The notes under the pieces: model-generated
Seen by the model: the letters and a program-made list of their open reading frames with translations, nothing else
What the model was told of the DNA's origin: nothing
The model's database searches: none
Shown here: positions 1 through 11,978 of the stretch, in pieces
How positions within the stretch are numbered: the stretch's first letter is position 1
Layout: every line of letters begins with the position of its first letter
Position numbers and translations under genes: made by a program
Assembly: GCA_016748015.1 (NCBI GenBank)
Contig: JAAOMT010000502.1
Span: 372,001-436,000, forward strand
Source: Geosiphon pyriformis uo1
Taxonomy: Eukaryota; Fungi; Glomeromycota
DNA length: 64,000 nucleotides
Direction of reading: 5' to 3'

Positions 1-428
1 TCAAATTTATTTTTTAATTAAAACTATAATCTTTTAAAAATCAGTTTTTCTTTTCAATTAAAAGTTCCCCCGCTATAGGATATCAGCACGAAACGTGAGA
101 AAAACATACTCAGCCACACTGATATTAATCTACATTTCACAGCGGAAAATTTTGTCATAGCTTATGACCACACATTAAATTTAAGCCTTACCTATTTTAT
201 ATTAAAAACAAAACAAAACAAAGCAAATTTATAATTATCAATTTCCCTATTGTCAATCTTTGGCATCATGAGATTAATTATTTTTAATTTTTTTTTCGAA
301 AAATTACGTCACTTTCTTATTTTTTTTAAACTTTTACCATTTATAAACAGTGGTCGTGGAAAATAAAATTTTTTTTTTTTTTCAAAGAATACACCATTTT
401 CTTTAAAATTTAAAGCTACGTTTACATT

Positions 429-926
429 ATGAATGATACAATCTTGAATTACTCTGGCGGGACATTTGGCTTGCTTATCGTGAGCATTTTCTTAATATTA
501 ATTTAGAACTATTACATATAATTCTAACAAAAAAAGAGACAGAACACTATTATTTATATATATATATATATATATAAACTTTGATTTACTTTCTCAATAG
601 CTTATTCTTGACATCGTGGCTATTATTGAGGTGCTTCAAAGTGATCGTACTACTAGGAGTAAGATCGGTTGGTCGTTATTAATTTTCCTGTTCCCGATGG
701 TGGGTCTCATACTTTATATGTAAGTATTGTGAAATATAGTACTGAAGTAAATTTCTTTTTCATAATAAAAAGAGAACGAAACCAGAAAAGCGAATTGGGA
801 AATTTCAAAGTGTTATCAAATTTAAAAGATTTGAATAAAGTATTGAAAATTACATTTTTTAATTCTCACCCTCGTAGCTTCCTCTCCGGTAGGAACGATC
901 ACGTACGTTATGAACTTTTACCATAA
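429..926 (+). CDS. 72-aa two-helix membrane microprotein, standalone PLDc_N (cardiolipin synthase N-terminal)-like; 3 exons 429-479, 601-719, 878-926
   Basis: Manual splicing at GT..AG introns gives MNDTILNYSGGTFGLLILILDIVAIIEVLQSDRTTRSKIGWSLLIFLFPMVGLILYIFLSGRNDHVRYELLP. The KxxWxxxIxxFPxxGxxxY pattern is typical of PLDc_N. A paralog with identical intron positions lies at 12746. Confidence 0.85.
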
Positions 927-1467
927 AATATGAATGGGAACATATATGGTATATAAAATTAGCAGCTTGAATTCGAACTAGTTAGAATTCTATTTCTTTT
1001 TTGGGGGATTCTGTTTAAAATGTTTGAAACCTGTTGTAATGATATAATCTTGAGCTTTTTAATGAATGTAAATTTAAGTGATATGGGACAAGAATTTTTG
1101 ATCAAACACCTTTAATCGCGTTATCTGTTGAGTCCCGTATAATGAGGAGTTACTCACATGGAAAAATGTCAGACTAAAAAAAGCTCCATCCTGGTTGGTG
1201 TCTAGTCATTTGAATATTTCAAAAAAAAAGATATTTCATCAGCATACTTATTCCAATCAAAACGAAACTTACTTTCTCATTAAAATGTATCAAAAATCCT
1301 TTCAGAGTTATAGTATTGATAAATATGATATCATTTTCACTTTTAAGTATTGGCTGGGTATCTTAGACGTCATAATTTTTTCACATAATAATCATCAGTG
1401 GGAATAACAACTATTTAATTTCCCAAAGTATTTTTCATCTCCCCTCAAAACTGAAAACTATTCCAAG

Positions 1468-1766
1468 ATGGAACGAACTTTTATCGGTGACAAAGAAGTC
1501 TCCAGAGATACAGAAATTCCTCATCCTTCCCCTCAAGAGGTTGAAAAACTTGAGGCTCAACGGTTCGCCAACAAGAATGAAAAAGGGAAACCGAAAGAAG
1601 GTAAACGTTAAAATATCACTTCAATTTAAAAAGTCAAAAAAGTCAGATTTTTAATTTTGAGATAAACCAAATTGTTTAAACCTTAAAAGGTGGGTCAGCT
1701 GGAAGGTTACAAACTGGCGCTCATAAGACTACAGATGAAGAGCGGAAGAATAATGAAATTAGGTAA
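1468..1766 (+). CDS. ~70-aa hydrophilic protein, SMP/LEA-like; exons 1468-1600 and 1690-1766 (possible alternative third exon 1867-1876)
   Basis: ATG 1468, donor G|GTAAAC at 1601, acceptor AAAG ending 1689. Product MERTFIGDKEVSRDTEIPHPSPQEVEKLEAQRFANKNEKGKPKEGGSAGRLQTGAHKTTDEERKNNEIR. The segment GGSAGRLQTGA resembles the GGxAAxxQSAA motif of seed-maturation-protein domains. Confidence 0.65.
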
Positions 1767-2202
1767 TATATATATATATATATATATGTTTCTCTTTGGG
1801 ATTGAGGTACACAAAAAATTAAAGCTTTGTGATTCTGAAAAAATTTTCTTTTCAATTTGGATTTAGGGAGTTTTAATTTAATCTCAAGATATCGAAACAG
1901 CTTAAACTTGTATAGTAGAAGAAAAAAATTTGCTTTTAAGAACTTTCTAATATTAAAACGAAGAAACGTCGTTATCTCAAGTTTTTGAAATTATTAAAGA
2001 GAAAACTCACTTTTTAGAAACATGCTTATAATTGAGCTATTTAAGTTTTTGAAAGTCTCGATAAAGGAAATAAAAATTGTTCAGAATTTTAATCGGTTAA
2101 ATTAATCCCGGATTCAATTGTATGAACTATGAAAATATGTTTTAATAACTTTTAATCAAAGGTTTTACTATATTTATAAGAAAATGTCCTAAAGTTTAAA
2201 TG

Positions 2203-2248
2203 TAATTGAATTGAATTGAATTGAATTGAATTGAATTGAATTGAATTC
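2203..2248. repeat. (GAATT)n pentanucleotide microsatellite, ~9 units
   Basis: Direct reading: aattgaattgaattgaa... Confidence 0.95.
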
Positions 2249-2934
2249 ATGTAACATTAATAAAATTAGAAATATAAACATAAAATAAAATTCAATGTAA
2301 TAAAATGTGTTACATATTAAATAATAATTTTTTTATGCATACCAAAATATATTATTAAATTTATTGCAAACTTAGTTTAAGAAAAAAAAAAAAAAAAAAA
2401 AGAAAAAATATGAATTTGAACAAAAAACGGAAAAAAACAACAACAAAAACAATATAAATGGTTACAAGTAATTGTCACAAAATTCTTTAAAGTTTACATT
2501 TTATTCTATGTACTTTCAAAAGATAGGAAAAAAAGAAAATCTGACATCAGATTACTCATGAAAATTAAATTTTCTTATCTTCTTACTAATTCAGATAACT
2601 TAAATTGCTGGATTATTAATTCTAATTTTTAGACTTTTCATCTATACCAAAAGTTATACAACGTTTTCGGAGTTTTAAATTTTTTTTCAAATACCTTACT
2701 CCAAAGGGGCAACTTTTGTAAATCTGATTTCTGTTGTTTCTGGACTTTCCAGATAGAAAACAGCTAGTTTTAGATGGCAATTTTTATTTAAACTGTTTCA
2801 ACTTCAAATAACTACCAAATAATGATGTATGATCTACTTGGTCTTTGATCCGCATAAGATTTGTCGCACAATTCATGCCGAAAAACTAATAAAAACGCCT
2901 AATTAATTTGAAAAAGAATAAAAAAAAACTCTAA

Positions 2935-3570
2935 ATGGCATACTTAAACGCACTCCCATTCGAAACTCGTTTTTCCTATAAATTTCCAATTCAAGTGGAA
3001 GGTGAACAATTTTTCTATCGTTATCATCCGATCAAAATTCGTCTCTCCATTTCGAAACCACCACATTCAACTCCCAAAACCACCCACAAAGCAGTCGGTC
3101 GGATTTTTTTAACTGACAAAAGGTTAATTTTTATCGCTGATGCTCCTTCCCAAGATGGATTTGAAACTTTTTCTTTGATTCTTGATGATATTACAACATC
3201 ATCCAGAGTAGATGGTTCCCATTCAATCTCTCGCCCTTGTACCTTCTCCCTCATTATAACTTTGACCAATATGAACATTGTAAAATTGGATTTTATCTTT
3301 AAGATTGACAAAAAAGACTTGAAAGCAAAAGAAACTATGCAAGATTATTATGGCATGATGATTGATAGTATAACGGCTGCAAAACGAAGGAAAAGTTTAG
3401 CTGCTGGACCTAATACTTTGGAAAGTGTTACAAATTTACGTGTAAGGGAACAACCACCAAGTTATTCAAGAAGTTTTGGTATCATGGAAGTCATTGAACC
3501 ACCAAGCTATCGAGCAGCAATGACGGGGTTAAGGGAGGATGGTTTACCTCCATATTCTAATGCCGTATAA
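2935..3570 (+). CDS. GRAM/PH-like domain protein with C-terminal PY motifs (WBP2-like, candidate Rsp5/Nedd4 adaptor)
   Basis: 211-aa intronless ORF. GRIFLTDKRLIF is a GRAM/PH-fold signature. The tail contains PPSY, PPSY and LPPY. Confidence 0.7.
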   Translation: MAYLNALPFETRFSYKFPIQVEGEQFFYRYHPIKIRLSISKPPHSTPKTTHKAVGRIFLTDKRLIFIADAPSQDGFETFSLILDDITTSSRVDGSHSISRPCTFSLIITLTNMNIVKLDFIFKIDKKDLKAKETMQDYYGMMIDSITAAKRRKSLAAGPNTLESVTNLRVREQPPSYSRSFGIMEVIEPPSYRAAMTGLREDGLPPYSNAV

Positions 3571-5286
3571 ATATATTATTAAAAACGGGTGAAACTGTTC
3601 GATTTGAGAACATAGCTCCCCAGTTTGTTTTTTAAACGCTTGTGACATCTTCCCATTCAACTTATAATTTTAAACAAAAGAAAAAGCTAAAAGTTTAATT
3701 ATAATCAATAGTTGTTTACCCCTTATTCTCTCGAATTTTGTGTAGCATAATATTATTACAAGACAATTATTCAGCTCATGTATTGTTGATAATGTAATTG
3801 TTTGCCAAGAACTCAATTTTTGTAACTGATCTTGTAAATCTTTTCTTTTTTAGGATTTCAATTGTTCAAAACAAATGATTCAATATTTATATATTAAATT
3901 TGAATTCTTTACAATATTAAAAAAACAGAGATCAAATTATATATTTTTCTTTCAACCAACGAAAATACAGTTGAAGCCAGAATAATCAAATTTGAATGGC
4001 TTAATCTCAGGGACTGAGAAATACAATTTTTTCTATAACGAGTAAAATGAAGTAAAAAATGTATTAAATAAGACAATTCATTTTCTTCTTCCAATAATAA
4101 ATAAATAAAAATTTTTTATAATTTTCTAATTATTTTTTCATTCAAAATTTCTCGAAAAAATTCGGAGTGGGATTATTTGTACATTTTTTAAAAAAAAATT
4201 ATTTTAATCTTGTGGTTTTCACATCAAGCACTTTTTTTTTGTTTGTATAAAATTAAAATTTCAAATTAAAATAATTTTAATCAAATTTAATACAAAAGAT
4301 AAATATATTATTTCACAGACAAATTCTCAATTTATTTTAATAACCCCTTTTTATTTTATAAAAAATGTTGACCTATAAATTTTTTTACGTCCCATCTTAT
4401 TTTCCGATATTAACAAATCTATTTAGGTTAATTACCCCTTTCTCCTGTAAAAAACTTTTTAGAATTCTAAATGTGAAAACTCACCTTAAAAATTATCATG
4501 CAGGCTGAGTTTATGTCAAAGACAAATAGGACTTTTTTTTAGATCGTCTTCTAAACTCCCAAATACAAAAAGCGCATGACAATTTAATACAATGTAACTT
4601 TTTTTACATCAATGGAAGTCTGAAAAGATTTATCTGTATGAAATCAAAAACTTGTATAACACTAAAACACAGGTTTCTTGTTTTCCATCTTATTTCTCCT
4701 AAATCCCTATACCATGAGGAGCACTTGAATTTAAAGTTTATTATAGGTATGAATCTCCTTTAGGCATGAATCTCCTTTTAGCAAGATTTTAAACTAGAAA
4801 AATCCCCAAAAAGACGCTAAATTTTCTTATTGATCTAAACTTTTTTGCAAAATGAGACGAAAAATTATGCACAGTGACGATTGGGAATTTTAATGATAGG
4901 ATGAACAATACATCATTTGATTGACAAGCCTTTACTTTAATATCCACGTTACGATGACAACAATAAACTGACCACGCTAGATCAAGTCAGATTTATAGGA
5001 GCAACATCAATTTCTTTAGCGAACGCCTTGTGAGCATTATCATTATGATGATAATTTTTTTTGAATGAGGTACAATTGACGTATAGAGGAATTTGAACCC
5101 TTGAAGAAAAACATTACATTTATTTTTCATCATGAAAAAAAAAAACTTATAAAACCCCTCATTTAAATATTTCTCCAAACATGAACATACACAGCATTCA
5201 GGTTACTTTAATATTTGGCATTTTTCCCCAGACTATATTTAAAGAAAGTTAAAAAAAAAATCTATTTTCAAAAAAAATTTTTATAA

Positions 5287-6818
5287 ATGTCAATTTCAAT
5301 TTTAAAACGATTTTCCAGTGATATTAGCCTTATTCTAAAATTCAAAAAAGATTTTGATGTAATCATACAAGTGGGTGAATCACCAGATGAGGTTCGTACT
5401 TTTCATGCGCATTCATTTATCCTGCGCGCTAGATCTGCCTATTTCAATGTTGCCTTGTCGACTTGTTGGGCGGATAAGAAAGGCGATGTGTATTTTTTCA
5501 AGAAACCAAATATTTCTGCACGTGTCTTTGAGCTATTGTTAGGGTGATTATTTTTATATTTGTAAACAAAATCTTTTCTTCATTTCTTCAACATGTTTTA
5601 ATCTTCAGTTTAACGGCTTTATCAATTAGATATATTTATACGGGAACAATTAAATTTACTAAACTCAAAGCCAAAGACCTCCTTGGTCTCTTAATCGCAG
5701 CTGACGAATTAATATTGGAAGAATTAATAGATAAAATTCAAAACTACCTTATAAATAACAAACCAACGCTAATTGATGAATACTTGATCGAAATCTTGAA
5801 CAAAGTTATTTCACGTCCGACCTGCCAAAAATTACTGGATCACTGTCACGATGAGATAATTTGTCGCAATCCAAACACGCTATTTAAATCGAATTGTTTC
5901 TCAAAATTAGAGGAATGTACCTTACAAACGATTCTTGAATTCGACGATTTGCCAATGAAAGAAATTGAGATCTGGGATCAGCTCTTAAATTGGGCCAAAT
6001 TGCAAAATTCAAGTACGGATAAGAAACCCGTAGAAGAGTTCACAACAATGGATTTTATTTCGGTTCAAAAGACACTTGAAAATCTTATACCATTTATAAG
6101 ATTTTTTCAAATTAGCTTTGACGATTTCAACGAGAAAATTCTTCCATTTAATAAGTGCCTGTCACAGAAATTATTTTATGAAATTTTGAGTTTTCATATC
6201 GAAGGAAAGCCACCAAGCTCTTTCAAGATTCAACCTTCAAGGATTCCGGCAATCAAAATTAACTCAAAATTGCTCAAACCCAAACACGCAGCTTTACTGG
6301 CAACTTGGATGAAAATTGATTCTCCAACTCGTGAAACGAACCAATTTGAAGTACCATATTCATTTCGTCTTTTGTATCGAGCAAGTGAAGACGAAGTCTC
6401 ACCTAAAGCTTTTCATGAACGATGTGACAAATCAGGACCAACAATCGTTGTCCTAAAGATAAAAAATAGCGAGCAATTAATTGGTGGATTTAATCCGATT
6501 GTAAATGGATGGAGGCGAAGATGGTTTTCTTCTATTCGTGGCATGGAGACTGGATTCCTTTTTTCTTTACATCAAACAAAGATTTTAGAAAACACAAGAA
6601 TTAGTAAAGTTCGAGAAAATTTCGTACATCAAGGGATTCATGATCATTTCAACGATGGAATTTGTTTCGGCTGTGGTCCCGATTTGTGGATTAATTTAAG
6701 GGATGAGAGAAGGGTCGCACAAACGATCCAATCCACCTATGAATTTCCAGTGAGAGAGAGACGAGGGTTCTTTTATTGGGATGATTTGGAGGTCTTTGAG
6801 ATTATGAAAAAACGTTAG
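5287..6818 (+). CDS. BTB/POZ-BACK-TLDc protein; exons 5287-5543, 5630-6818
   Basis: BTB motif DVIIQVG...FHAHSFILRARSAYF joins YIYTG across an 86-nt GT-AG intron. BACK-like EIEIWDQLLNWA; TLDc LLYRAS...FHERCD..GPTIVV...IGGFNP...LEVF. This family is expanded in Glomeromycota. Confidence 0.92.
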
Positions 6819-7815
6819 CATTAGAAAAATATTTAAGACCTTCATATAAATATATATCATCTATTGATAAATCATCATTTTAGTTATATGTAAATTAGTA
6901 GATATCTTAACATTTTATAGTTAAATTTATACGCAACGGAGATTCAATTTTTAAATATTAGTTTTCATTTTTAAATTCAAATTGGAAACTTGACATTATA
7001 AAATATTTAATTTTTTAGAAAAAAGTGTAAATCATTAAATTTTTTGGCTTGAAATAAAAAAAATTAATATAGTGTTTGTGTGAATTTTTAATTTTATCAA
7101 TTCATAATACGAAAAAATTAGATTGGTTGGATTTTTTTAGATTCAGCATATTCTTGGAAGAAAATAAAAGACCTAAATTAAAATTTCAAAAATACTTTCA
7201 TAAAAAAGACTTTTTATAAAGCAAGATTTTAAAAGTAGTTGATTGAACATAGATTGAAATTGGGTTATTTTTCTTGATCATTGCAAACAAATCAAAAAAT
7301 ATAATATTTTTTGACATTTTTAAATAAAATAAAAAGTTTTTTTTTTAAAAATTATATCAATTTTTTAATTTCATTTGAAAAATGCAGATAAATTTTTTCA
7401 AAACTCTTGTTCAAAAAATTATTATAAACAGCCTTCACCTAACATTAATTTAAAAGCTTTACTGTTTAAAGCTTTTTCATATCAGCTTTTTATTTGCCAA
7501 GCATGATTATGAACTTATCTAATTTAATCTCAAATACAATCTAACGAGAATCAAAGATAAGTTTTTTGAAAGCTTGAAAGACTTTGTTTGAAGTTCCAAA
7601 ATGATTTTTATTTGCCAATATATAATAGAAAATAGGTAACCCTTAAAAAATTTTATAAAATAATAATAAGTTTAAAAAATAAGAAACCTTTGATTTTTAA
7701 AAAAATATATTTTAAAAAATAAAAATTTATAATTTATTAACGTTTATACTTATTATTTATTAATATTAAAAATCATTTCTTCATTTTCTTTTAATATATA
7801 TTTTTATTATTATTA

Positions 7816-9034
7816 CAGTCCTCCCGAAAAGTAATGGAGGGGTATTTTTTTTATACATAATAATTTCTGTTTAAATTTTAATATTTAATAGATATATAAG
7901 TAAAGAATATATATGCAAAAAATTAATATTTAGTATGTCCTCCTTTTACACTAATACAATCTTGAATTCGATTTTGCATACTAGTAATACAGTTAAGAAT
8001 GGCCTCATTAGACAGATTATTCCATTCTTCTTCTACTATTGTAATAAAAATCGCTTGAGAGATATTTTTTTGTGTGCTATTATTGCTTTGACTTTTTTCT
8101 CAACATTTCGTTTAAGAATAGCCCAAATATTCTCAATTGGATTGAGATCTGGACTATATGATGGCCAAAACAAAACGCGATTTGGCAGTTGCATCTCAAG
8201 ATCTGCGCGAACATCTTTTGAAGTATGCTTTGGATCGTTATCATGCTGGAAAATTCAACGTTGTCGTCCATATATGCTAGTTGCATTGTAATATAAATTC
8301 CCATTGAGAATTTTACGATAAAGATGTCGGTCCATATTTTCTGTAAAGATGCACATTCCAACTTTTCCATATGCACAAATTGCTCCCCACATATGAAGTT
8401 TAAATGGATGTTTTAACATTGGTGCAATAGGTTTACCCGAATGAGACCAAGCCAAGCAAGTATTTCGAAAAATTTGTAAAGTTGTTTCATCTGAAAATAC
8501 TACTTTGCGCCAATTATAATTAGAATGTTCTTGAGCCTATACTAATCGGTTTTGTTTGGGAGTAGAGGTACACGTCTTGGTAAAACAGCTGTATAAACAA
8601 GCCTAGAAAGTTCACTTATTTCAATCTCAGGATATGTTTTTGCAAGTTGTGCCTTGATTTCAATTGCTGTAGTAAAGTGATTTAGATTTACGATTTTTCC
8701 AATCTGGCGATGCATTTTTGGTAAAGTTTTTCGTGGACGACCTGAACGATGAATTGCTCGAATTTGACCATTTTTACGAAGTTGTCCTATATATCGTTCA
8801 CAAGAGCGAAGAGGAACATTAGTTTTTCGAGATATTTCGGTTGGACTTCGATAACCTTGTTGCCAAAATCTCTTAACGACTTCACTATTGAATTTTACAG
8901 GATTATATTTCATTACAAGAAATAAATCACGTAATAGATCAAAATAATTTTGTTTAAATAATAAAAATAGTTAGCATGGAATGTATGCGCGTCCAAATTA
9001 TTACCCAAAAAAATTACCCCGCCCGGGTGTACTG
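7816..9034 (-). mobile_element. Tc1/IS630-superfamily DNA transposon (~1.22 kb), defective
   Basis: Ends TA|CAGTCCTCCCG...GGAGGGGTATTTTTTT and (reverse strand) TA|CAGTACACCCG-GGCGGGGTAATTTTTTT form imperfect TIRs with a TA target duplication. It encloses a broken transposase. Confidence 0.9.
7923..8913 (-). pseudogene. Tc1-like DDE transposase pseudogene
   Basis: HTH with GRPR; catalytic motifs VVFSDE, FQHDNDPKH and WPSYSPDLNPIENIW; C-terminus KGGHTKY*. Two frameshifts plus TGG->TAG/TGA stops. Confidence 0.92.
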
Positions 9035-9284
9035 TAAATCAGTAACTAGAACAATAAAATATTCATGTTGATCATTTGTACTCCTGTTAACTTTCACATG
9101 ATGTAATGCAGTATGCTACTTAAAAAACCCAATCAACGTTTAGCCTCAAAAATGCATGTCGATTTTGGGTATTAAGAGAGGTATTATAAATAGAGAAACC
9201 TTGAACACGTAAATTTTGCTCATTAGATCGCTTGAATCGAAATAATTATATTTACTAAAAGAACCTTTGAATAATAATAAAAAT

Positions 9285-9974
9285 ATGTTACCTCAAAATG
9301 ATTCTCTTCAAGCCACTTCAGACACAATAAATGGGCTAATACAAATTCCATTTAAACCAACCTATCCACCTCTTCTTACTATCAATGACCTAATTCCACG
9401 AGTTACACGCAAGGGAAGAACCCCAACTAAGCCCCCAAATGCTTTTATCATTTATCGAAAAAACTACACGTCTGAGATTAAAGACAAAAAGATTTCAATT
9501 GACATGTCACAAGTTTCATCAATTGTTGGTCAATTATGGAAGGAAGAAGCAGAATCCGTTAAGGATACATACAAAAAACTCGCTAGAGATGCAAAAGATA
9601 TTTTTAATAAAAGATTTAATTCAAACTATACTTCACTTGAAAACCCTCCTTTTGAACCTTTTAATCAGTTGGATACTCAAAATTCTGAAGACATTATGAA
9701 CCCACTTCTTGACGAAATGATTGTGACAGATCATACACCAGGAATCTTTACGCTAAATAATCAACCACTTTTACCATTGAACCAAAATCAATTCTTCACA
9801 TCTATTCCTAATTCGAATTTAACAGCTCAGAGGATTAACAGTCAAGGCCAAACAGAAAATCTTAGTGGAATTAACTCACTTTTATCTTTCATCATGCAAT
9901 TGAAAGAAGAAAATGAAAAACTCAAGAAAGAGAATGAAACATTAAAGGAACTTCTTCAAACTAGGTTGGGATAG
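9285..9974 (+). CDS. MATA-type HMG-box transcription factor with C-terminal coiled coil (229 aa from ATG 9285)
   Basis: KPPNAFIIYRK...SQVSSIVGQLWKEE..VKDTYKKLA HMG box, preceded by PTYPPLLTINDLI. TATAAA at ~9185. The ORF track start at 9267 is a TTG. Confidence 0.9.
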   Translation: MLPQNDSLQATSDTINGLIQIPFKPTYPPLLTINDLIPRVTRKGRTPTKPPNAFIIYRKNYTSEIKDKKISIDMSQVSSIVGQLWKEEAESVKDTYKKLARDAKDIFNKRFNSNYTSLENPPFEPFNQLDTQNSEDIMNPLLDEMIVTDHTPGIFTLNNQPLLPLNQNQFFTSIPNSNLTAQRINSQGQTENLSGINSLLSFIMQLKEENEKLKKENETLKELLQTRLG

Positions 9975-11312
9975 CTATTAAACACCTCGTTTTTTGAATA
10001 AGCATAGGGCATAAAGGTTTTACTATTTAAGCATATCAAGGATTTTGTTTTCATCTTTCATACAATAGTTTTTTAAGAATCTTGGATTTTTTTAAATATC
10101 TTATGGTGTTTTCTTTAAAAGAAATTCACTTTCAATATTCTATAATTTAGAAGGAGACTATTTTCCGCAGTGTAATTTAGTGTTAAAAAAGGAAAAGATC
10201 ATATAAGTTATATTTTCAAATAATTATGTTTGAGAAAATTCATTTTCATCATTTTAAAATTCTCATTCAATTAAAGGGAGACTGTGATATCACACAAAAA
10301 ATTGGATAATAATTTTCATTGAAAGCAGGTTTTTCATATTTTTAAAAGACAATAAATTTTGAAGTTTGAAAAGCTAAGCAATAATTAATTTAAATTAAAT
10401 TTAATTTCATTCAAAAAAACTGCTCAAAAAGAAACTGAAGAACACGAAAAAAAGGACATATTTACAAAAACTCTACACCTCTCTAATCCCAGTTTTCACA
10501 CGACAAAGAAAGTAATTAAATAAATAAGCAACCTTAGCCATACAATCACTTAAAATTAAAGACTTTAATATTGTTATTTTTTCAATCTAAGATACTATTA
10601 AAATATATTGGACTATGTTTTGAAGTAAATTGATTTTTTCATCTTTATTTTACTAAAATGTTAATATGAAATTAGATTTATTTGTTGACATATTTTGAAA
10701 TCATAAAAAGCAATCAATAATTTTAAATCAGCAAAAATATTATTCGAATTTTTATATAAATAGAAACAAATAATTTGAATTAATTAGCCGAATTTAAATT
10801 TGCTGTATTTTTTGTATAGAAAATAATAATATGCTTAATTATTTTAATTTCAATAATAGTATTTTGATTTGAATTTAAGTGTTCATTCTGATTTATAATA
10901 AAATCGGAAAATTAATATACATTTAAATTAATTTCATTATTTTCATTTTATGATTGAAATTTTGAATCTTCAATTGTTTTTTTGATCAATTTTAAAAGCA
11001 TTTTTTTATTATAAAATATTAAAAATAATATTTTAGGTTTGAACCAAAATTTTTAAATTGATAAAATTTAAATGATTAATTTTCTAAAACCTTACTTTAA
11101 TTAGTTTGAAACTCTTAAAGAATTAATTAATTTTTTAATTTTCAGTCCATAGAGTATACCCATTTTATCTCCCATTTCGGGCAATTTTACATTTCCAACG
11201 CTCCGAGGCTCTTTATGCTACTACAAGTCATAGATTTTATACTCTTGGCCTTCGCAATCAGACATTTTTTCACGTGATTTTCTCACCTTACAATTTGTTA
11301 TGTATAACAACA

Positions 11313-11315
<3 letters not shown>

Positions 11316-11346
<31 letters not shown>

Positions 11347-11357
11347 GTTGTTGTTAT
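11316..11357. repeat. Compound (TTA)n(TTG)n microsatellite
   Basis: Direct reading. Confidence 0.9.
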
Positions 11358-11519
11358 TTGTGCTTAATATTTTGAAATAGTCTAAACTAAAAATTAAAAA
11401 GGATTAAAAATAATACCAATTTCTTATGTAGATATTAAAAATCTAAATATTGCTAATTTACTATAAAAAAGTTAAATTTTACTGGGTTTAAAAAACCAAA
11501 TGATAATTGATTAAAGGTA

Positions 11520-11978
11520 GTAACGAACCAGCCCAATAGGGTGGGAAGGTCGGCTGTTTGCCTTATTAATCTACACAATTTATATTTGTGGATCTTCTGG
11601 ATCAATTTCTAGAATTTCATTTACTTTTAGGATTGCCGTCACAATCGGAATCTTTTTAACATGTAAATGTATTTGAAACAAGATCTATTGATACATAACC
11701 CATTTACTTATTAGATCTTGAATACGATGCATGACCTCACTTTAATTTTTAGTGAAAAGTATCTGCCGATCTTTCATTACTATTGGTTGGCTTGCTCTAC
11801 TCGACAAAGTACACGATATCAACTGTATCTTTTTCGACCAATTTTCTTCTTTATAAAAAAAGATATCATATAGGATTTGCCTCCACCTATCCCTAATATG
11901 ACCGCAGCATCCGTATTGATCATAAAATTAATTTTTATTAACTTTAAAATTCTATGTAAAAAGTTAAAAAGTTCGCAT
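11520..11978 (-). pseudogene. Decayed paralog of the 62227-63120 membrane protein gene (upstream homology continues to ~12400-12520)
   Basis: The reverse strand encodes TDAAVILGIGGGKSYMISFF..ENWSKKIQLISCTLSSRASQP, VNGLC, NEILEIDPEDP and PPYWAGSL, collinear with the 62 kb gene. It has two homopolymer frameshifts and internal deletions, including loss of the TM segment. Confidence 0.88.

Noticed and set aside
66-150. Nested stems (CCGCT/AGCGG, ATATCAG/CTGATAT, CACG-AAA-CGTG) suggesting a hammerhead ribozyme
   Set aside because: It lacks the CUGANGA core in the proper arrangement, and the short stems could be chance.
669-926. ORF-track 85-aa ORF
   Set aside because: It starts at TTG and reads through intron 2 of the PLDc_N gene; only the last 15 codons are real.
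9285-9974. HMG gene as a mating-type (sexP/sexM) locus
   Set aside because: No flanking triose-phosphate transporter, RNA helicase or homeodomain genes are present, and MATA-HMG genes are a large dispersed family in Glomeromycota.
11510-11570. GC-rich apparent hairpin resembling a ribozyme or riboswitch (…GTGGGAAGG…)
   Set aside because: It is the reverse complement of the PPY-coding remnant of the 62 kb gene's pseudogene.
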